A stretch of 64,000 nt of DNA from NCBI GenBank assembly GCA_965153355.1, contig OZ231126.1, positions 45,074,001-45,138,000 on the forward strand. Reading direction: 5' to 3'. The translations under genes were made by a program, and so were the position numbers. Below the pieces are notes generated by a model. That model was not told where the DNA came from. It was given only the letters and a program-made list of their open reading frames with translations, and ran no database searches. This DNA comes from Flaccisagitta enflata (Eukaryota). Below, piece after piece: positions 13,994-29,708 of this stretch. The stretch's first letter is position 1; every line of letters starts with the position of its first letter.

Positions 13994-15088
13994 CTGGAAA
14001 TATTAGATAAGGAAAATGTCCCATGAAGTACCGACGCCACTAGAATCACGATTTAGTTTAGTTTGGTCAAGTTGACTTTTTCCTTGGCGGTAATTGGAAC
14101 AAGTCGTGTTGGTGGATTTGGTATAATCGGACCACTCGGGTGTGTCAATATGCAAAAGTTCTTTTGATCTTTTCACAACGCTAACACAGCATGGGAACAT
14201 TAATTTTAGGACCTTCATCGTTTTTCTTTTTTGAAATTTCAATTACCTTCCGTTTTTGTTTCGCAAAAAACAGTTCAAGCCGTTATGCAAATTAAGGTAA
14301 AGGAAATCAATCCTGTTTGTGTGTCCAGCGGTCTCTGTCTGTATTTCTTTCCAGGTATATTCAATTGTTGACACATGTAAGTGTTGTTAATATTCTAAAC
14401 CCCGAAATGGTAGTGTTAACAACTACCAGGCTGTATCTTGACATTAACGGACAGAACAGGATGCAACGAAAACATTGAAAAAAAACAAACAACCAAGATC
14501 TCTCTGTCTCGCTCTCTCTCTCGCTCTATCTCTCGCTCTCTCTCTCACTCTTCTCTCTCTCTCTCTCTCTCTCCGTCATACTCTGGGCGCGCCAAGAAAA
14601 GTCAATTTCTGATTGAGCGTCGAAACGTGATCGCGCCAGTAGTTGAATTATACCAGTTTAGAATATATATTTTAGTAGCGTGCTACGCGACTCTACACCC
14701 AGCTTTGTCGGTCCGTCCGTCACATTTTTTTTTTGGGGGGGGGGGTTTGCGGTTTTTGGCCTCACTGCTCCTGCCCAAATGATGGAGTGACCTCAATTAT
14801 GGCCCTGCCCACCCACACGCAACTGGGATAGCCATGCATCCGGCCTTGTTTCAGTCCCTTTTACCTGTTGTACTGTTAGACTTCTTCCCACTCTTGCCCC
14901 TGCCCCCCCCCCATCTCTACCTCTGTCTCTTCATCTTTGTCTCTCCGTCTGTCTCTCCATTTCTGTTTCTCCGTCTCAATCTCTGTCTCTCCGTCTCCGT
15001 CTCTGTCTCTCCGTCTCAATCTCTGTCTCTCCATCTCCATCTCTGTCTCTCCGTCTTTGTCTCTGTCTATCTGTCTGTCTCTCTCTCT

Positions 15089-15172
<84 letters not shown>

Positions 15173-15225
15173 ATGCAATCACGCATGCATGTACAAACAC
15201 GTACAGGAACACATACACGTACAGG

Positions 15226-15309
<84 letters not shown>

Positions 15310-15741
15310 TGATCAGTTAAAACAGTTGTTCGATGGTTCATTCACCGTTTATTCATGACTTGTGACAACATTGCTTTGTAAAAAAAAAACCGAGAACAAA
15401 GGGTGAGAGTCTTGGGAACTCTCAAACTCATGTAACTCTCAAAATCATGTAACAGGAGAAGAAAGGGGGCATCCTCTTAATCACTTCTCATCGTGCTTCA
15501 GTAAAATTGAAAATTATTGATAAAATTCTGTTGTGGTGCTTTAATGGAAATGAAATGCACTTATTCTTCAACAACCAGGCCGGATACACGGCCATACCAG
15601 TTGTAGACGGGTGGGCAGGGGCGGAGATGCGCGTTTCGCACTTTTTGACTCATGCTCACCGACGTACAGATGGACGGACAAAGGCTCGTATAGAGTTGCG
15701 TGTCCGCTACTAAAAAATCTTTTTCTCTTTCTTTCTTTCTT

Positions 15742-15837
<96 letters not shown>

Positions 15838-15856
15838 ACATTTTAAATGGATGAAC

Positions 15857-16506
15857 AATAGTCGCAAAAGCGTTAGATGGTCAGCGGTACCCGTTGCCCC
15901 TATGTGAGTATATGTGGATGTGTGATGGTGAGAGGGGCAGCGGCCCCGAAGGGGCCGATGACCTATGCTTAGTAAGTTTTGAGCGTTGAGGCTGTGGTTT
16001 GAGCCTTTGAACTTCCAAGCTGTTATCTTAGACCTCAAGGTTGAGACTGGCATTTGATCGTCAAGGCTGGGATGTGAGCCTCGAGGCTAGAATTGTGCCT
16101 CAAGGCAAGAAATTAGGCCTCAAAGCTAGGATTTGGGCCTTGAGGCTAGAATTTGGGCCTTGAGGCTGGAATTTGGGCCTCAAGGCTAGAAATTAGGCCT
16201 CAAGGCTATGATTTGGGTCTTGAGGCTAAAATTTGGGCCCTGAGGCTAGAATTTGGGCCTCTGGGCTAGAATTTGGGCCTTGAGGCTAGAATTTGGGCCT
16301 GGAGGCTAGAAATTAGGCCTCGAGGCTAAAATTTGGGCCTAAAGGCTAGAATTTGGGCCTCGAGGCTAGAATTTGGGCCTCGAGGCTAGAATATGAGCTT
16401 CAAGGGGGGGTGGACGGAGAAGGAGGAGGAGGAGAAGGAGGAGAAGAAATTTCCCCTATGTGTGAAAGCATAGGTCATCGGCCCCTTCGGGGCCGCTGCC
16501 CAAAAA
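15857..16506 (-). mobile_element. HINE-like family B element with an internal 21-bp minisatellite
   Basis: ~35-bp inverted repeats GGGCAGCGGCCCCGAAGGGGCCGATGACCTATGCT bracket a GAGGCTAGAATTTGGGCCT.. array; conserved tail ends CGCTTTTGCGACTA. Confidence 0.8.
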
Positions 16507-16580
16507 GGAGCTAACATTTCGACTCTCAGTTGATTGCCGACTCTCAGTTGATTGCCGCCGATGCCGTGGGTTTGTCCACC

Positions 16581-18433
16581 CACTATGCGCCAAAATGACA
16601 CAAAATACACTGTGGGCCCAAAGGTAAAAAAATAAATACAAAATAAAGAATAAAATTTTTTAAGAAAAATTTATTAAAAACCATTTTTTTTATCATTCAA
16701 TCAATATTCCAAATATTGAAAAATATATCAAAAGTATGATTTCCTAGCAATAAAATAAAACTAATCAATCAAATTTTTTTTAATTATAAAAAGTTTTTAT
16801 GTCGAGGTGCAAATAAAGATAAAATTTTGGTTTCAGTCTCTTTTCATAATTAAATTCATAACTATTTTATGTTTTTTTAATGAAATTTGTAATTTTGTAG
16901 TTTGATATTATTTCATTAGTAAAAGAAACCTTAGTTTGATAAAGGCGTTGCTCTGCTTTAATGATGAAGACAAGAAAGAATTACTGAAGACAATAGATTC
17001 CTTAAAGATAGTAGAGCAAAAATTCAAAACCTGTGAAGGGAAAATTCTAAGACTTGAACAAATTGAACAATTTTGCATTTCTAAGAACATGGCCCTCATT
17101 TTATATGTTTTTAGAATGAGGCCATGTTTTTGAAAAGCAAAATTTTGCATTTAGAAAAAGTCTTAGAATTTTCCCAAAGAAAAGTTAAGTTGCAAAATTA
17201 AATTTTCTATACATTTCCTTCTTTTTTCTCCCCTTTTCACTTGCTCAGCACTCTTTTTTTATCTACAAATGATTTTCTATGTAAAACTAAAATTATTGTA
17301 GCATAACGATGATATTGTTTGATGAAAAACATCAAAATTTGCAAAATTTGAAATATTGGTCTTCGTTTTCATAAAAATAATGAACTTTATAAACTTTTAA
17401 ATAAAAAAAAATTTGAAATAGAATTTTTTTAAAGTGAAAATTTTCAAAGTGAAAATTTTTTAGAGAAAATTTTTTAAACAAAAAAAATTTAAGCGAGAAA
17501 AATTTAAGGGAAAAATTTTTTTCAAAATAATAATCTTTGAAGTTCAAATTTTCAAAATGAAAATTTAAGTAAAAAAAAATCTAAGCAAACAAAATTTGAG
17601 AAAACAAAATTTAAATAAAAAAAATTTTTGTTATGAAAATTTTTATTTTGAAAATTTTTGTTGTGAAATTTTTTAAAGTAAAAATCTTTGAATGAAAATT
17701 TTTTAAGTGAAAATTAGAAAAAGAAAAATTTTAAAAATGAAAATTTTTTTTTTATGAAAATTCTTTAAATGAAAATTCTTTAAATGAAAATTTTTTACGT
17801 GAAAATTTAAGTGAAAAAAAATTTTAGCGAAGATAATTTGAGTAAAAACAAGGCCGGATGCACGGCTACTCTAGTCGTGTGCGGGTGGGCAGGAGCAGTT
17901 CTGGAGAAGGTCACTGGGTCATCTTAACAGGAGCCGTATGCTCAAAAAGCTCAAAAACGCTAAAAAAGTAAAAAGGGGACCGACCAACCGACCGACCGAC
18001 CGACCGACCGACGGACCGACATAGCGGGGTGTAGAGTCGCGTAGCACGCGACTAAAAATTTATGGCATAAAAGTTTAAAAAATGAAAATTTCTTAAGTGA
18101 AAATTTTTTTAGTGAAAATCTTTGACGCGAAAATTTCAAAAGTGAAAATTTTAGAAGTGAAAAACTTAGTAGTGAAAATCTTTGAAATGAAAATTTTTTA
18201 AGTGAAACTTTAAAAAAAGAAAATTTTTAAACATAAAATTTAGCAAGGTGTAGAGTCGCGTAGCCTGCAGTTATTAATACATGTAACCAAAATTTAAGGA
18301 GCAGCGCTTCAAAATTTATTACACTGAAAAAATCATGATTAATATACCCTTTAAAATCAAAACATGAATAGTTTTGATCCTATTTTTACCTTTTTAGCTT
18401 ATAGTGTGTTTTCTTTCATCTCGGCCCATAGTG
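16581..18433. mobile_element. AT-rich non-autonomous DNA transposon with CAC termini (Transib-like)
   Basis: Imperfect TIRs CACTATGCGCCAAAATGA.. and CACTATGGGCCGAGATGA.. extending ~50 bp; internal GTGAAAATTTTT tandem array; nested HINE at 17848-18057. No matching 5-bp TSD seen. Confidence 0.5.
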
Positions 18434-18539
18434 ACTAGTGTATTTTGATCTCAATCAACTCAATGTGCAGCGTCGATAAGGCTGGTGGGCGAATCTTGTA
18501 TCTATGCAGACATGTAAGGACATATATGAACAGAATGAG

Positions 18540-18988
18540 AGAAGGACAGACCAACGGACACAACAAGGTGTAGAGTCACGTGTAAGCAACTAACAAGGCC
18601 GGATACACGGCCAATACCAGTTGCGGACGGGTGGGCAGGGGGCAGAAATGCGCGTTTTCACACTTTTCAACTCGATGATTACCGACGGATGGACCAACGG
18701 ACAGACGGACGGACGGACAAAGCCGCTTATAGAGTTGCTTGTCCGCAACTTAACAAGGCCGGATACACGGCCAATCCGTAGTCGCTGCTAGAGGGGGCAG
18801 GGGCAGTATATGAGTGGGCGGGGGCTGTATTGACGCCAGGCAGGAGCGGCGATGGTCAGAAATCCGTTTTTCCGTCGTTTTCGCGTCATCAAAATTTTTG
18901 CGTTCCACTCAGACAGACAGACATTCAGACAGACAGTCAGACCAAGGGACACACCCTCTTATAAAGTCGCTTAGGCAGCGACTAAAAA
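18540..18988 (-). mobile_element. Head-to-tail stack of family A HINE-like elements
   Basis: AACAAGGCCGGATACACGGCC ends at ~18592 and ~18752, each directly abutting the 5' GCAACT(T)AA end of the neighbour. Confidence 0.75.
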
Positions 18989-19137
18989 TGATAAAATCGC
19001 TTTTGACGTAAATACAATTCAAGTGAATGATTGCGTTGTTACCTGTTGAATGAAAACAAAAGCACTTTTCCTCATTTCTTGGAGACGCGACTCGCTACCT
19101 CTCTCTACCTCTCTCTACCTCTCTCTACCTGTCTCTA

Positions 19138-19236
<99 letters not shown>

Positions 19237-19585
19237 TACTATCGAACACCCACAAATAGAAAAGTGAAAAGGTAAATTCATGAGTATACACTTAGGCAGT
19301 TTTTTTTTTGATTAAATTGAGAGGGAATGTTTTTGAAAATTCTGTTAAAGTGCGCCAAAGCACCTTTATAATTGGCTGTGTCCATCAATTGGTTGGTTAG
19401 TCGAGAAACACTTTCATTTGACGATCCACTTGGCGCACGTTATTAGCCTCTTCATCCACTTTTGTTCACTTTCAAGTCCACTTTTGTTCCACTTGTCAAA
19501 CTGTCCTTTTATTCTTTTATATTCTTTGTTTCTTTCGATTTTCTTTCGATTTTCTTTCTTTCTTTCCTTCTTCATTTCTATCTTT

Positions 19586-19741
19586 CTTTTTAGTTGCGGA
19601 CACACAACTCTATACGACGTTTTGTCCGTCCATTGGTCCATCGGTCCGTCGTTCTGTTGGTCCGTGAGCACGAGTCGAAAAGTATTTCCGCCCCTGCCCA
19701 CCCGTCCGCAACTGTTATTGGCCGTGTATCCGGTCTTGTTT
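19586..19741 (+). mobile_element. HINE-like family A element
   Basis: TTTTTAGTTGCGGAC...GTCCGCAACT...GGCCGTGTATCCGGTCTTGTT. Confidence 0.75.
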
Positions 19742-19767
19742 CTTTCTTTTTTTCTTTTTTCCTTTCT

Positions 19768-19835
<68 letters not shown>

Positions 19836-20010
19836 TTTTGCTTGCTCGCTTGCTTGCTTGCTTGCTTGCTTTCTTTCTTTCTTTTTTTCTTTTTTTCTTT
19901 CATACTTTTTTTTTACTTTCCTTCTTTGTTTCTTCGTTTCTTTCCTTCCTTCTCTCCTTCCTTCTTTCTATCTTTCCTTCCTTCCTTCTCTCCTTCCTTC
20001 TCTCCGTCCT

Positions 20011-20074
<64 letters not shown>

Positions 20075-21497
20075 TTTTTCTTTCTTCATTTCTTCCTTTC
20101 TTTTCTTTTTTAGTTGCGGAGAGGCGACTCTTTAAGAGGCTTTGTCGGTCCGTCGGTCCGTTGTGATCGAGTTGAAAATCGAAAGTGCGAAAAGGATTTT
20201 TTTTTGGAAAAAGGGGGCTCTGTTGGACAAAAGTCGATTCATATCACTGACTTTACGGACTGCCCTCCAACACAACTTAACTTACTGTTTTGTTGTTGTT
20301 GAAACAAATTCATGAATCCAGTTTAACATCGTATCTCACGTGCAAGGGTAGGAATATCAGGTTTCAAACGCTTCTGAAGAGAGCCTGATATGTCGAAGGA
20401 CTGGGGGGGGGCGCATCAAACCTGCTGGTAATGCTTTAGTCGTCGTTGCTAACGTATCGAAGTAACGATGGTGTATCAGAACAGATAAAAGTAATGTTGT
20501 CTCTTACACTAATTTGCATAACGCCCAAGGATGTTTTTCGCGAAACAAAAACGGAAGATAATTGAAATTTGAAAAAAGGAAAACGATGAAGGTTCTAAAA
20601 TTAGTGTCCACATGTTGTGTTAGCGTTGTGAAAAGATCAAAAGAACTTTTACATATTGACACACCTGATCGGACCACAGTGCTTCGGAAATGAAACCTTT
20701 TCTTACTCAAAATATTTACATTTCTATTGTATTGAATGATCATCAAATCATATTTTCATAGGTAAAGTTACGAATATAGTAGAGGTTAACGCCTATTAGT
20801 CTATTCGGATTCATGAGAAGTTGAAGTTAGAAAATGATGTCAAAGCATAACTATTTGAAGGAACTTTTTGAGGCTATGGATTCCTTTGCGTATTAACGAT
20901 GCTTTTCAATTACTGATACCTACAGGAAGAACAACAAAAAAACCTACAATCTCAGAGTATTTGAGTGGCAAAACAAAAAGCATAAAGGAAATGAAGACCG
21001 TCGAGACTACTTCGACAGTGTCAGGGCAAGAGTATCTCTGACGTTATTTCGGCTTTGCTTTGGGCGATTGTTATCTCTGTTTTATATTAAGAATTCCAAA
21101 TTGAGTCCACAGATTCTCGGAATCATATTCATAACGTAAACGCTCCGGGGAATTTTTTCAAACCGGAAGAAAAAAAAATTTTGTTGTTGATTTTTGGTTC
21201 AACCTCAAAATGTATGATATCAATTATATTTCTTAAAAAGTAAAGCAGGTGTATCTCCTCTTTTATTTCCAACTGAGTTAAATATTTGCACATGTGCATG
21301 ATGTCAGGAGGAAAAGAAGGGTGAAAGGGAGATTGAAAGAGGTGAAATAGCTGAGCAAAGGGGAAAGAGAATGCAATGAGCAAAAAATGAAGTGAAATGA
21401 ATGAAAGGTAACATGAAGATGAAGAAAAAAAGGAAAAAATTAAGAAAAGAAAAACAAATTCAGATCGAAAGGAAGAAAGGAAGAAAGGAAGAAAGGA

Positions 21498-21577
<80 letters not shown>

Positions 21578-21629
21578 GAGAAAAAATGAAAGAAAAAAAG
21601 AAAGAAAAAAAGAAAGAAAATGAGAGGGA

Positions 21630-21721
<92 letters not shown>

Positions 21722-21741
21722 AAGAAAGAAAGAAAGAAAAA

Positions 21742-21785
<44 letters not shown>

Positions 21786-22671
21786 CAGAAAGAAAGATAG
21801 AAAGAAAGACAGAAAAGGAAAGAATGAAAGAAAGGAAGAAAGAGGGAAAGAATGAAGAAAAAAAGAAAGAAAGAAAAAAAGAAAGAAAGAAAGAACGAAA
21901 TTAGGAAAGAAAGAAAGAAAGAAAGAAAAAAAGAAAAAAAGAAAAAAGACATGAATGGAAAATGTAGGAGATGAAGTAGAAAGATCGATGGAAAAATTAC
22001 AAAAACAGTAATAGCATCGAGTTATCTTTCCTTTCTTCTCTTTCCTCATCATTTCATCATGGGTGGATACAAGCACACCGTTCCAAGACTTGGTATTAGG
22101 CATTTGCAACACAAACCTGGAAGATTTTGTCATTTGCTTTTAAATCCAAAAATTCATAGAAAATATTTTTTTTATGCTTTATGAGTTATTAGGTTTCGAT
22201 CCCAAGTTGGTTTTTTTTTTCAGTGAACCAACATAATACCCCCATTTTTTTGTGTCAAACATGAGGATAAAAAGGGTGTATTTTGACATTGTTTTTATAG
22301 AAGTCATTTAGCTGCACTTTCGAGGTCTTCCTGTACTCAAGAGCTAATACCTTGCACCCAGAATGAATTTCCCCTCTATGAATAATATCAAGAGTTGCCA
22401 TAAATGATTCTATTACAGAAAATATAGGAATGTTGGAACGGTGAGCAAGAGCGTAAGCGATATTAGGTAACACTTTTTTTTTTCTTTTTCCTGGTGAGGG
22501 TCGAAGTGAGAATGCACGTGTGTGTGCGCTCTTTTTCTTTCTCGTTATCATCGGCCGAGTTTTTGTTATTTCTGCCTTTCAGGTTTTTTTTGTTCCTCCG
22601 TAGGTAATATACATTCGCGTTTTGAGATTGAGAGGGAACAGATGTAATATCTTCATTGGAAAATCATTACC

Positions 22672-22784
<113 letters not shown>

Positions 22785-23972
22785 ACTCTCTTTCTTAAAA
22801 AGGAAAGTGTTAGAAATCTCTGGGATCTCTAACCTGAATTACTTATTTCCAATATTGACTGTAAGCCTATAACAGAATCGCACTAGTCCCAGTAAACTTT
22901 GTTGATGCATGATGTCTTTAATCTTAAATCATAATCTTATGAAACAATCCGAAGAGAACAAGAGTCCAATATTGGTTTTGACATTCACGCACATAAGTTA
23001 ATGATCAGGCCTCTTGATTCTTCTTTTCTGCCAAGAGGCAAAATTCTTTCCTGCAAAGCTGCCCATCAAAAAAGTGAAGCCCCCTCATCGCACTTTTTGG
23101 CAGCATGACGCCTTCCAGGCTTACAACGCTCATAAAGGCTCTGAGAATTCACCATGCAGTGAACTAATTCACGTCTAGACATGAGTCCAGCAAATACCCA
23201 CTCTTTCACTAGTACAAAAACAAAATGGAAGACGTTCTCCTATTTCAGTTATTATATGTTTTTGATAATCAGTGCAAATCTGATGCGGAATGCTACGTAA
23301 AACGCAGAACGACGTTGACAACTTACCAACAATCATGAGAACTCCTCCCTCTATTTTACAATAAATTGAGATTTAGTTCATGATATGATTCCAATTCATA
23401 TTGACTGTAAATCAAATCAGCGACATTGCAATGGAGCGGTAATCTTAAAACTGCAATATGCAAATCATCCTAAAGCTGACTTCAATTGTTATTCTTCAAC
23501 CATCATTTCTCCCTTTATTAAGTCTTCGTCTTCGTCTTCGTCTTCGTCTTCTTCTTCCTTCTTCCCCTTCTTCTCCTTCTTCTCCTTCTTCTTCAAGGAC
23601 CTGCCGATATCCTCCTTATCCTGCCAACAAGCGGGGCTGCTCGCTGCCTCAGAATCAAGAGGCCTGTTAATGATAAAGAACTCGTTAAGAACACGTTAAG
23701 GCCAAAAGGTTCTGCAGTAACCTGGCCATTTATGTCACAATCGTAAATATCATTTTTCGGAAAGCAATGCCGATGTCATGATTCATTGTCTTCATTGTGA
23801 GGACGGCTAGTACGAAAACATTATAGTTGAGGCTAATGAAGACGATTTTTGAGAAGATATGGACAACGAATATAACAATAATGCACACAAATATGATGAA
23901 GAGGGTGAAGACGACGACTTGTAAGATGTAAACACGAGATGCAATTAGATAAGGATCAAGGAAAACACAGAA

Positions 23973-24184
<212 letters not shown>

Positions 24185-24534
24185 CCACCTATACACTCTA
24201 CTCATATATAATGAAAAAAGGGGTTAACAAAATCTTTTTTTAAGAAATAAATGAAAAGTGAAGATAAGGCAGAAACCCGGTCGAATGTTTAGCGAGATAA
24301 GAAAAACAAAAGTTTTTCGCTTCCTCCATTTTCTTCTTTTTTCTTTTTCTTTTTCTTTTTCTCCTTCTTCTTCTTCTTCTTCTTCTTCTTCTTCTTCTTC
24401 TTCTTCTTCTTCTTCTTCTTCTTCTTCTTCTTCTTCTTCTTCTTTTTTTTTTCTTCTTCTTCTTGTGAGTTGCGTTAAGCAATTCACTCATACTCCACTC
24501 TGTAGTTTGCGTCTTTATTTTCTTCTGAAAGTCT

Positions 24535-24633
<99 letters not shown>

Positions 24634-27310
24634 AACAACAACAACAAGGATGACGACGACCACGACCACGACCACGAGAGCAACAGTTTACTCAATCAAC
24701 GACAAAGAAAACGGAAGTTTTCATAACTGCACAAAACAATAATTCAATTTCTAAGTCACCTTTTCCCGATCTTTGCGCGAAACTTATACCATTTCTCGGT
24801 GGACTCTGTCTTGCAGTGGGTTAAACAGAGGTTTAATCGGGTTGTAGGGGAGTCATGATTAAGAAAATGTGAAAAAAGTAGAGGTAGAAAAGGAGAGAGG
24901 TAATAAGAGTAAAGTAGCGGAGGTCGCCCTGGGAGACTACAGGCGCCGAAACCTCGAGTTCACGATAACAAATGTTTCATTGAATAAACGTCTTTCTTAT
25001 TGACTCAAATTCTCTCTTTTTTCTTTCTTCTCCTATTTATATCATTCTCATTTTCTCGGGAAACGATGGAGTTGTGTTTTCAAAAGATGGGTCCTAGTTC
25101 CGTAACAATTCATCAATTTCCAAACTGTTGAAAGTATTCGGGTTTTATTCTTCTCCTTTGAATTGAAAACTAACCGAAACACGTTCTCCCTTTCTCTATT
25201 CGCAGGTGAAACTTGCGGGTTAGAAAGGGAGGGGGTGGAGGAGATATGGATGGATGGATGGATGGATGGATGGATGGATGGTTATATCATGAGTAGGTTG
25301 GCAGGAAATCGTATGGGGGCCTGGGATTGATGGCTTATGAAAGGAAGGAGAGAATTGCGGAGGAATGGTAGCATGACATGGGAATGTGAAGAGGAGAAGA
25401 ATATAGTCGCAAAAAAATCATGTGGGGGGGGGGGGGCTCTTAGAGGAGGGAAAGGTGGGAGGAGGAATGTGATGCATGTGAAGAGGGGGAAAGTAGGTTG
25501 CAAGAAAATTGTACAGGAATAGGACAAAGTCGGAAGACGCAGATGATTGTGCACGTGGAGGAATGGTTGGGTGGAGACATGAAAGGGGAAGACAATTGTA
25601 TGGGAGAGTGGACTGTGGAAGGATGAAGTTGGTTAAGGCGGAATGGGTAGATGTTAATGATAAGATTGAAGAAAGAGATGAAGTCGGTGGAAAAGTTTGG
25701 AGGGGTTGGAGGAAAAATGGATGTAAAAGGAGCCAAAAAAAAAAAAAAAGGTAAAAGAGTGAGAAGTGAGAAGGCCAGGTACATGGCCAAAACCGATCTC
25801 GGATGGGTGGATAGGAGTAGTAATGCACGTTCTTATCTTTTGACTTGAGTTTTAGGGACTGATGGACCAACAGACCAACGGCAGAAGGGACAGACAAAGC
25901 CTCTTATAGTCAGTATTCCGCGACTAGAAATGAGAAGTCTGCATTGTCAGACTTTCACGCAAAACCATGTAGTTCGATTATCATAACTATCGTCTAAAAA
26001 TAATTACTGGATCTTTAGTAAGTTTTAAATGGAATCCTTTTTTAAGCGGTCAGGACGGGACAGGGAGCTCGCGCCGTAGATTGGTGTGGCCATCGGGGGA
26101 AAGCAAATATGCAGAGGAAAGACAGTAATGAGAAAATCCTTTAGAAAAGTTGAGTCAGAAATAGACGAAGGTGAATTAAGACATCAGTAAAAAAAAAATT
26201 GAAAAAAAAATGAGTAAAAAAGGAAGGTATGGAATGAAATTCGACCCGCATGAGAAACAGGATGAGAGAGAGAGACAGAGACAGAGACAGACAAGCAGCC
26301 AAACAGACAGACAGACAGATAGACAAACACAGGAATGAAAGTTGAAGAGAGAACAAGCAGAGAATAAGAAAATTACCCTCCTTTTCCAGCGACTCACGGA
26401 GGGGACCTGTTAATTAATTTCATGCCTAACCGACCGTTGTAATGAAATTCACATGAAGCGTAATTTTGAAAGGTAAACGGGTGTTTTTCACTCAGGAGGG
26501 TCAATAAAAGTATTCTTACTATGTTTGTTTCATTTACCCTCCGCTCTAGCAGTAACAGTAAAAGGCAGTGACACACATGTCTGATAACAGGCATGTCTGA
26601 TAGTATCAAAAGTTTGAATAGAGTCAATCGACATACCAAAAAAATTCTTAAAAAGGCCAAGTAGGCCAATAAGGTGCAACGTGTGGATCGTCGAACGAAT
26701 GCGATACCGACAGACCGACAGAAGGACCAACCTGCTGACCAACCGACGGACACAGCCAGATATAGAGGTGCTTTGTCGCACCTAAAAACGGGATTGACAG
26801 GAATTGGGACAGAAGAAGGAACACATCAGCATTTGAAAAGATAGAAAAGTGAACAGACAAAGCCACTAATTGAAGATGAAATTCAGGGGAACAGGGCGAC
26901 CAATCAAATTTTTACCGTCTAAAGAACCTTTAAGTCTTTGTCAGAAAAGGGAAAGAAAGAAGAAAAGGAAGATGAAAGGTAATAGTCGCGAAATCGTATG
27001 ATGATCTGCGGTGCCTGTTGCTCCTCATTTGTTTGTGCACTTGCGGACAGGCCAGGGTTTGTTAATTGGAGAAAAAGTAGTGATGAAGAAGCTGATTATC
27101 TATGTTTTGACACATTGAGTCGATTTGGCAGTGATTTGAGCCTCCAAATCTGAAATGCATCATTGAAATGTTTAACTCATTGCCCGAAATATGTGTAAAA
27201 GCATAGGTCATCAGTCCCTTTAGAGCCGCTACTCAAATAGCTACAGAGGAAAAAGAACCAATAAGAGACGTGAAAGCTTTATAACGACGTTAGGCGCAGT
27301 AGTCTTTTTC

Positions 27311-27996
27311 TTTTTGGGCAGCGGCCCCGAAGGGGCCGATGACCTATGCTTTCACACAGGAGAAAATTCTCCTCCTTCTTCTCCTCCTTCTTCTTCTCCG
27401 TCCACCCCCTCGACCAGCCTTAAAGCCCAAAATCTAGCCTCGAGGCTCAATTATTAGCCTTGAGGCTCAAATTTTAGCCTTGAGGCTCAAACTTCAGCTA
27501 CTAGCCTCAAATTTCAGCCTCACAGCTTAAAATCCAGCCTCAAGGCTCAAATTGAGCCTCAAAGCCCAGAATCCAGCCTCTCCAGCCTCTCCACTTCTCC
27601 TCCCTCTTCTCCTCCTTCTCTGTCCACCCCTCAACCCTCAAATCTAGACTTTGCCAAAAATCCAGCCTCGAGGCTCAAATTTCAACCTGAAGGCTTATAT
27701 TCCAGCTTCAAGCCTCAGATTCCAGCTTCAAAGCCTCAAATCCAGCCTCAAGGCTAAGAATCAAGCCTCAAAGCCCAGAATCCAGCCTTGAAGCTAAATA
27801 CCCAGCCACATGGCCCCAATTTCAGCCTCCAAGCTCAAATTGCAGCCTCTAGGCTCAAGTCCCAACATAAAGCCTCCAAAATAACTAAGCATAGGTCATC
27901 GGCCCCTTTGGGGCCGCTGCCCCTCTCACCATCACACATCCACACAGTCACAGGGGCAACGGGTACCGCTGACCATCTAACGCTTTTGCGACTATT
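27311..27996 (+). mobile_element. HINE-like family B element with a 21-bp minisatellite
   Basis: Same termini, inverted repeats and tail as 15857-16506. Confidence 0.8.
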
Positions 27997-29708
27997 CTAT
28001 TTAGTCACCTGCACGCGACTCAACAACCCGCTTTGTCCGTCGGTCGGTCGGTCGATCGGTTGGTTGGTCGGTTACATTTTACTTTTTTTATGATTTTATT
28101 TCTTTGACCTCACTGTTCCTCCCCAAATGGTCTAGTGACCTCAAATGTGGCCCCTGCCCACCCGCACGCGACTTCCGTTGCCGTGTATCCGGCCTTGTTT
28201 CTTTTTTTGTCTGGTTAAAAAGCAAATGTAATTAATGAATGGCACAAAAGTAGCGGCGCAAAGATCCAAGAAAGAGTGTATGAAAATGAAGTCTTGGTCA
28301 GTTTTTTTAAGGGGCAAAAAATACAGAAAATACATTCTCTATCTTGTTTTAAGCTTCACTAGCAGTTTGGTTTTTATTCTGAATCTTGGGACTATCAAAT
28401 TACCGCAAATTTTGCATGTTAAATATGAGGCTAAAAGAAGTGCAGTTCTGCATCGTTTTTAGTTGCGGACACGTGACTCAAAAAGAGGCTTTGTCCATCC
28501 AACCGTCCGTTTGTCCGTCCATCCGTCTGTCAAAAAGTGGAGTAACAAGTGTTTTGGATACTTTTGGTGTATGTTTGTGTGTTAGGTTTGGGTATCGGGG
28601 TGTGGATGGGGGTTGGTCGACCCTGCCAATCCCGTCCGCAACGATATTGTGACGCCGCGTCACTTGTTACAGAAGTCTTTAAACTGCACTTAGTAGTCCA
28701 TTTTGTGCTACATGCATTGACCCCTGAATGATTTCCCTAGCTTCAAATTGGTTTTAGGATTGTAAAACAGATCAATCAGCTTCAGTATTTTGGAAATCAA
28801 GAGCTGTAGGTTACAGAAGATTTTACCCCCAGAAATCACAAGGGATAGTGTATAGAAACGAATGTGTGGCATGTAAGTGTGTAATCCTCACTTTACCGTT
28901 TACTGTTTACTATTTATGGACTATCGTTTGAAGCCCAGATATTACTTGACTCGTGACAAATAGTATCCTCTGATTCCTCTTCTTGAGACTTCTTCCTTGA
29001 ATATTCTTGAGTACAATCAAATTTCTAATTCTTTTCCATGATTAACAACATTTTCTATTAAGCCCAGCCCCCATACCAATACCCCAACTTATTCTTCCAT
29101 GAAAATCCTGAAGCTTTCTCAAGTTAAATCCAGGTTTTTTTGAAGAAAAAAAAAGTAATGTTTCAAAGAGGGATGATTATTCTTGGCAAGTGGGTCTCTT
29201 ATCGCGGGACGTCTGTCGTCGTCCTCCTTTTCTCCTTATCTCTGAAACCTTCCCTTCAAAAAATAATTTTGGAAAACATGAAAGTATCGAAGAGAAGATT
29301 GTTGTTTGATAATTTTTCACTTGGAAGTGTAACTTTTCTTTAAAATCTTTTGTTCCTACGGGTGGAGAAATACCAGAAGCGAGTCAACCACTCACTCGGG
29401 GAGGATGAGTCATTTCTGTAAGACCACAGATAAAAAAAGAAGAAAGAAAAAGAATCAAATTGAAACGAAGAATAAGGATATGAAGAAGATCTACTATCTA
29501 GCTCAAAAGTATAGACACAAGCGTTTTAGGCAATATCTCTGCTCAAAATAAAAAATTGATAGGAAATTTAGTGAGATCCAGAATTTATATCAAATTTTTG
29601 ATTAAATGAGACCAATCGCCTTCTTCTAAGTCAAAGCGTTTAGAAATGACAGACAAAACAAGATTGCTACTTCAAATCAAAAATGGCAGAAAAAATTAAA
29701 GTTCATTG

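Noticed and set aside
23005..23140. Chitin-binding (CBM14)-like cysteine pattern on the minus strand
   Set aside because: It needs a frameshift in a G5 run; as written that frame stops.
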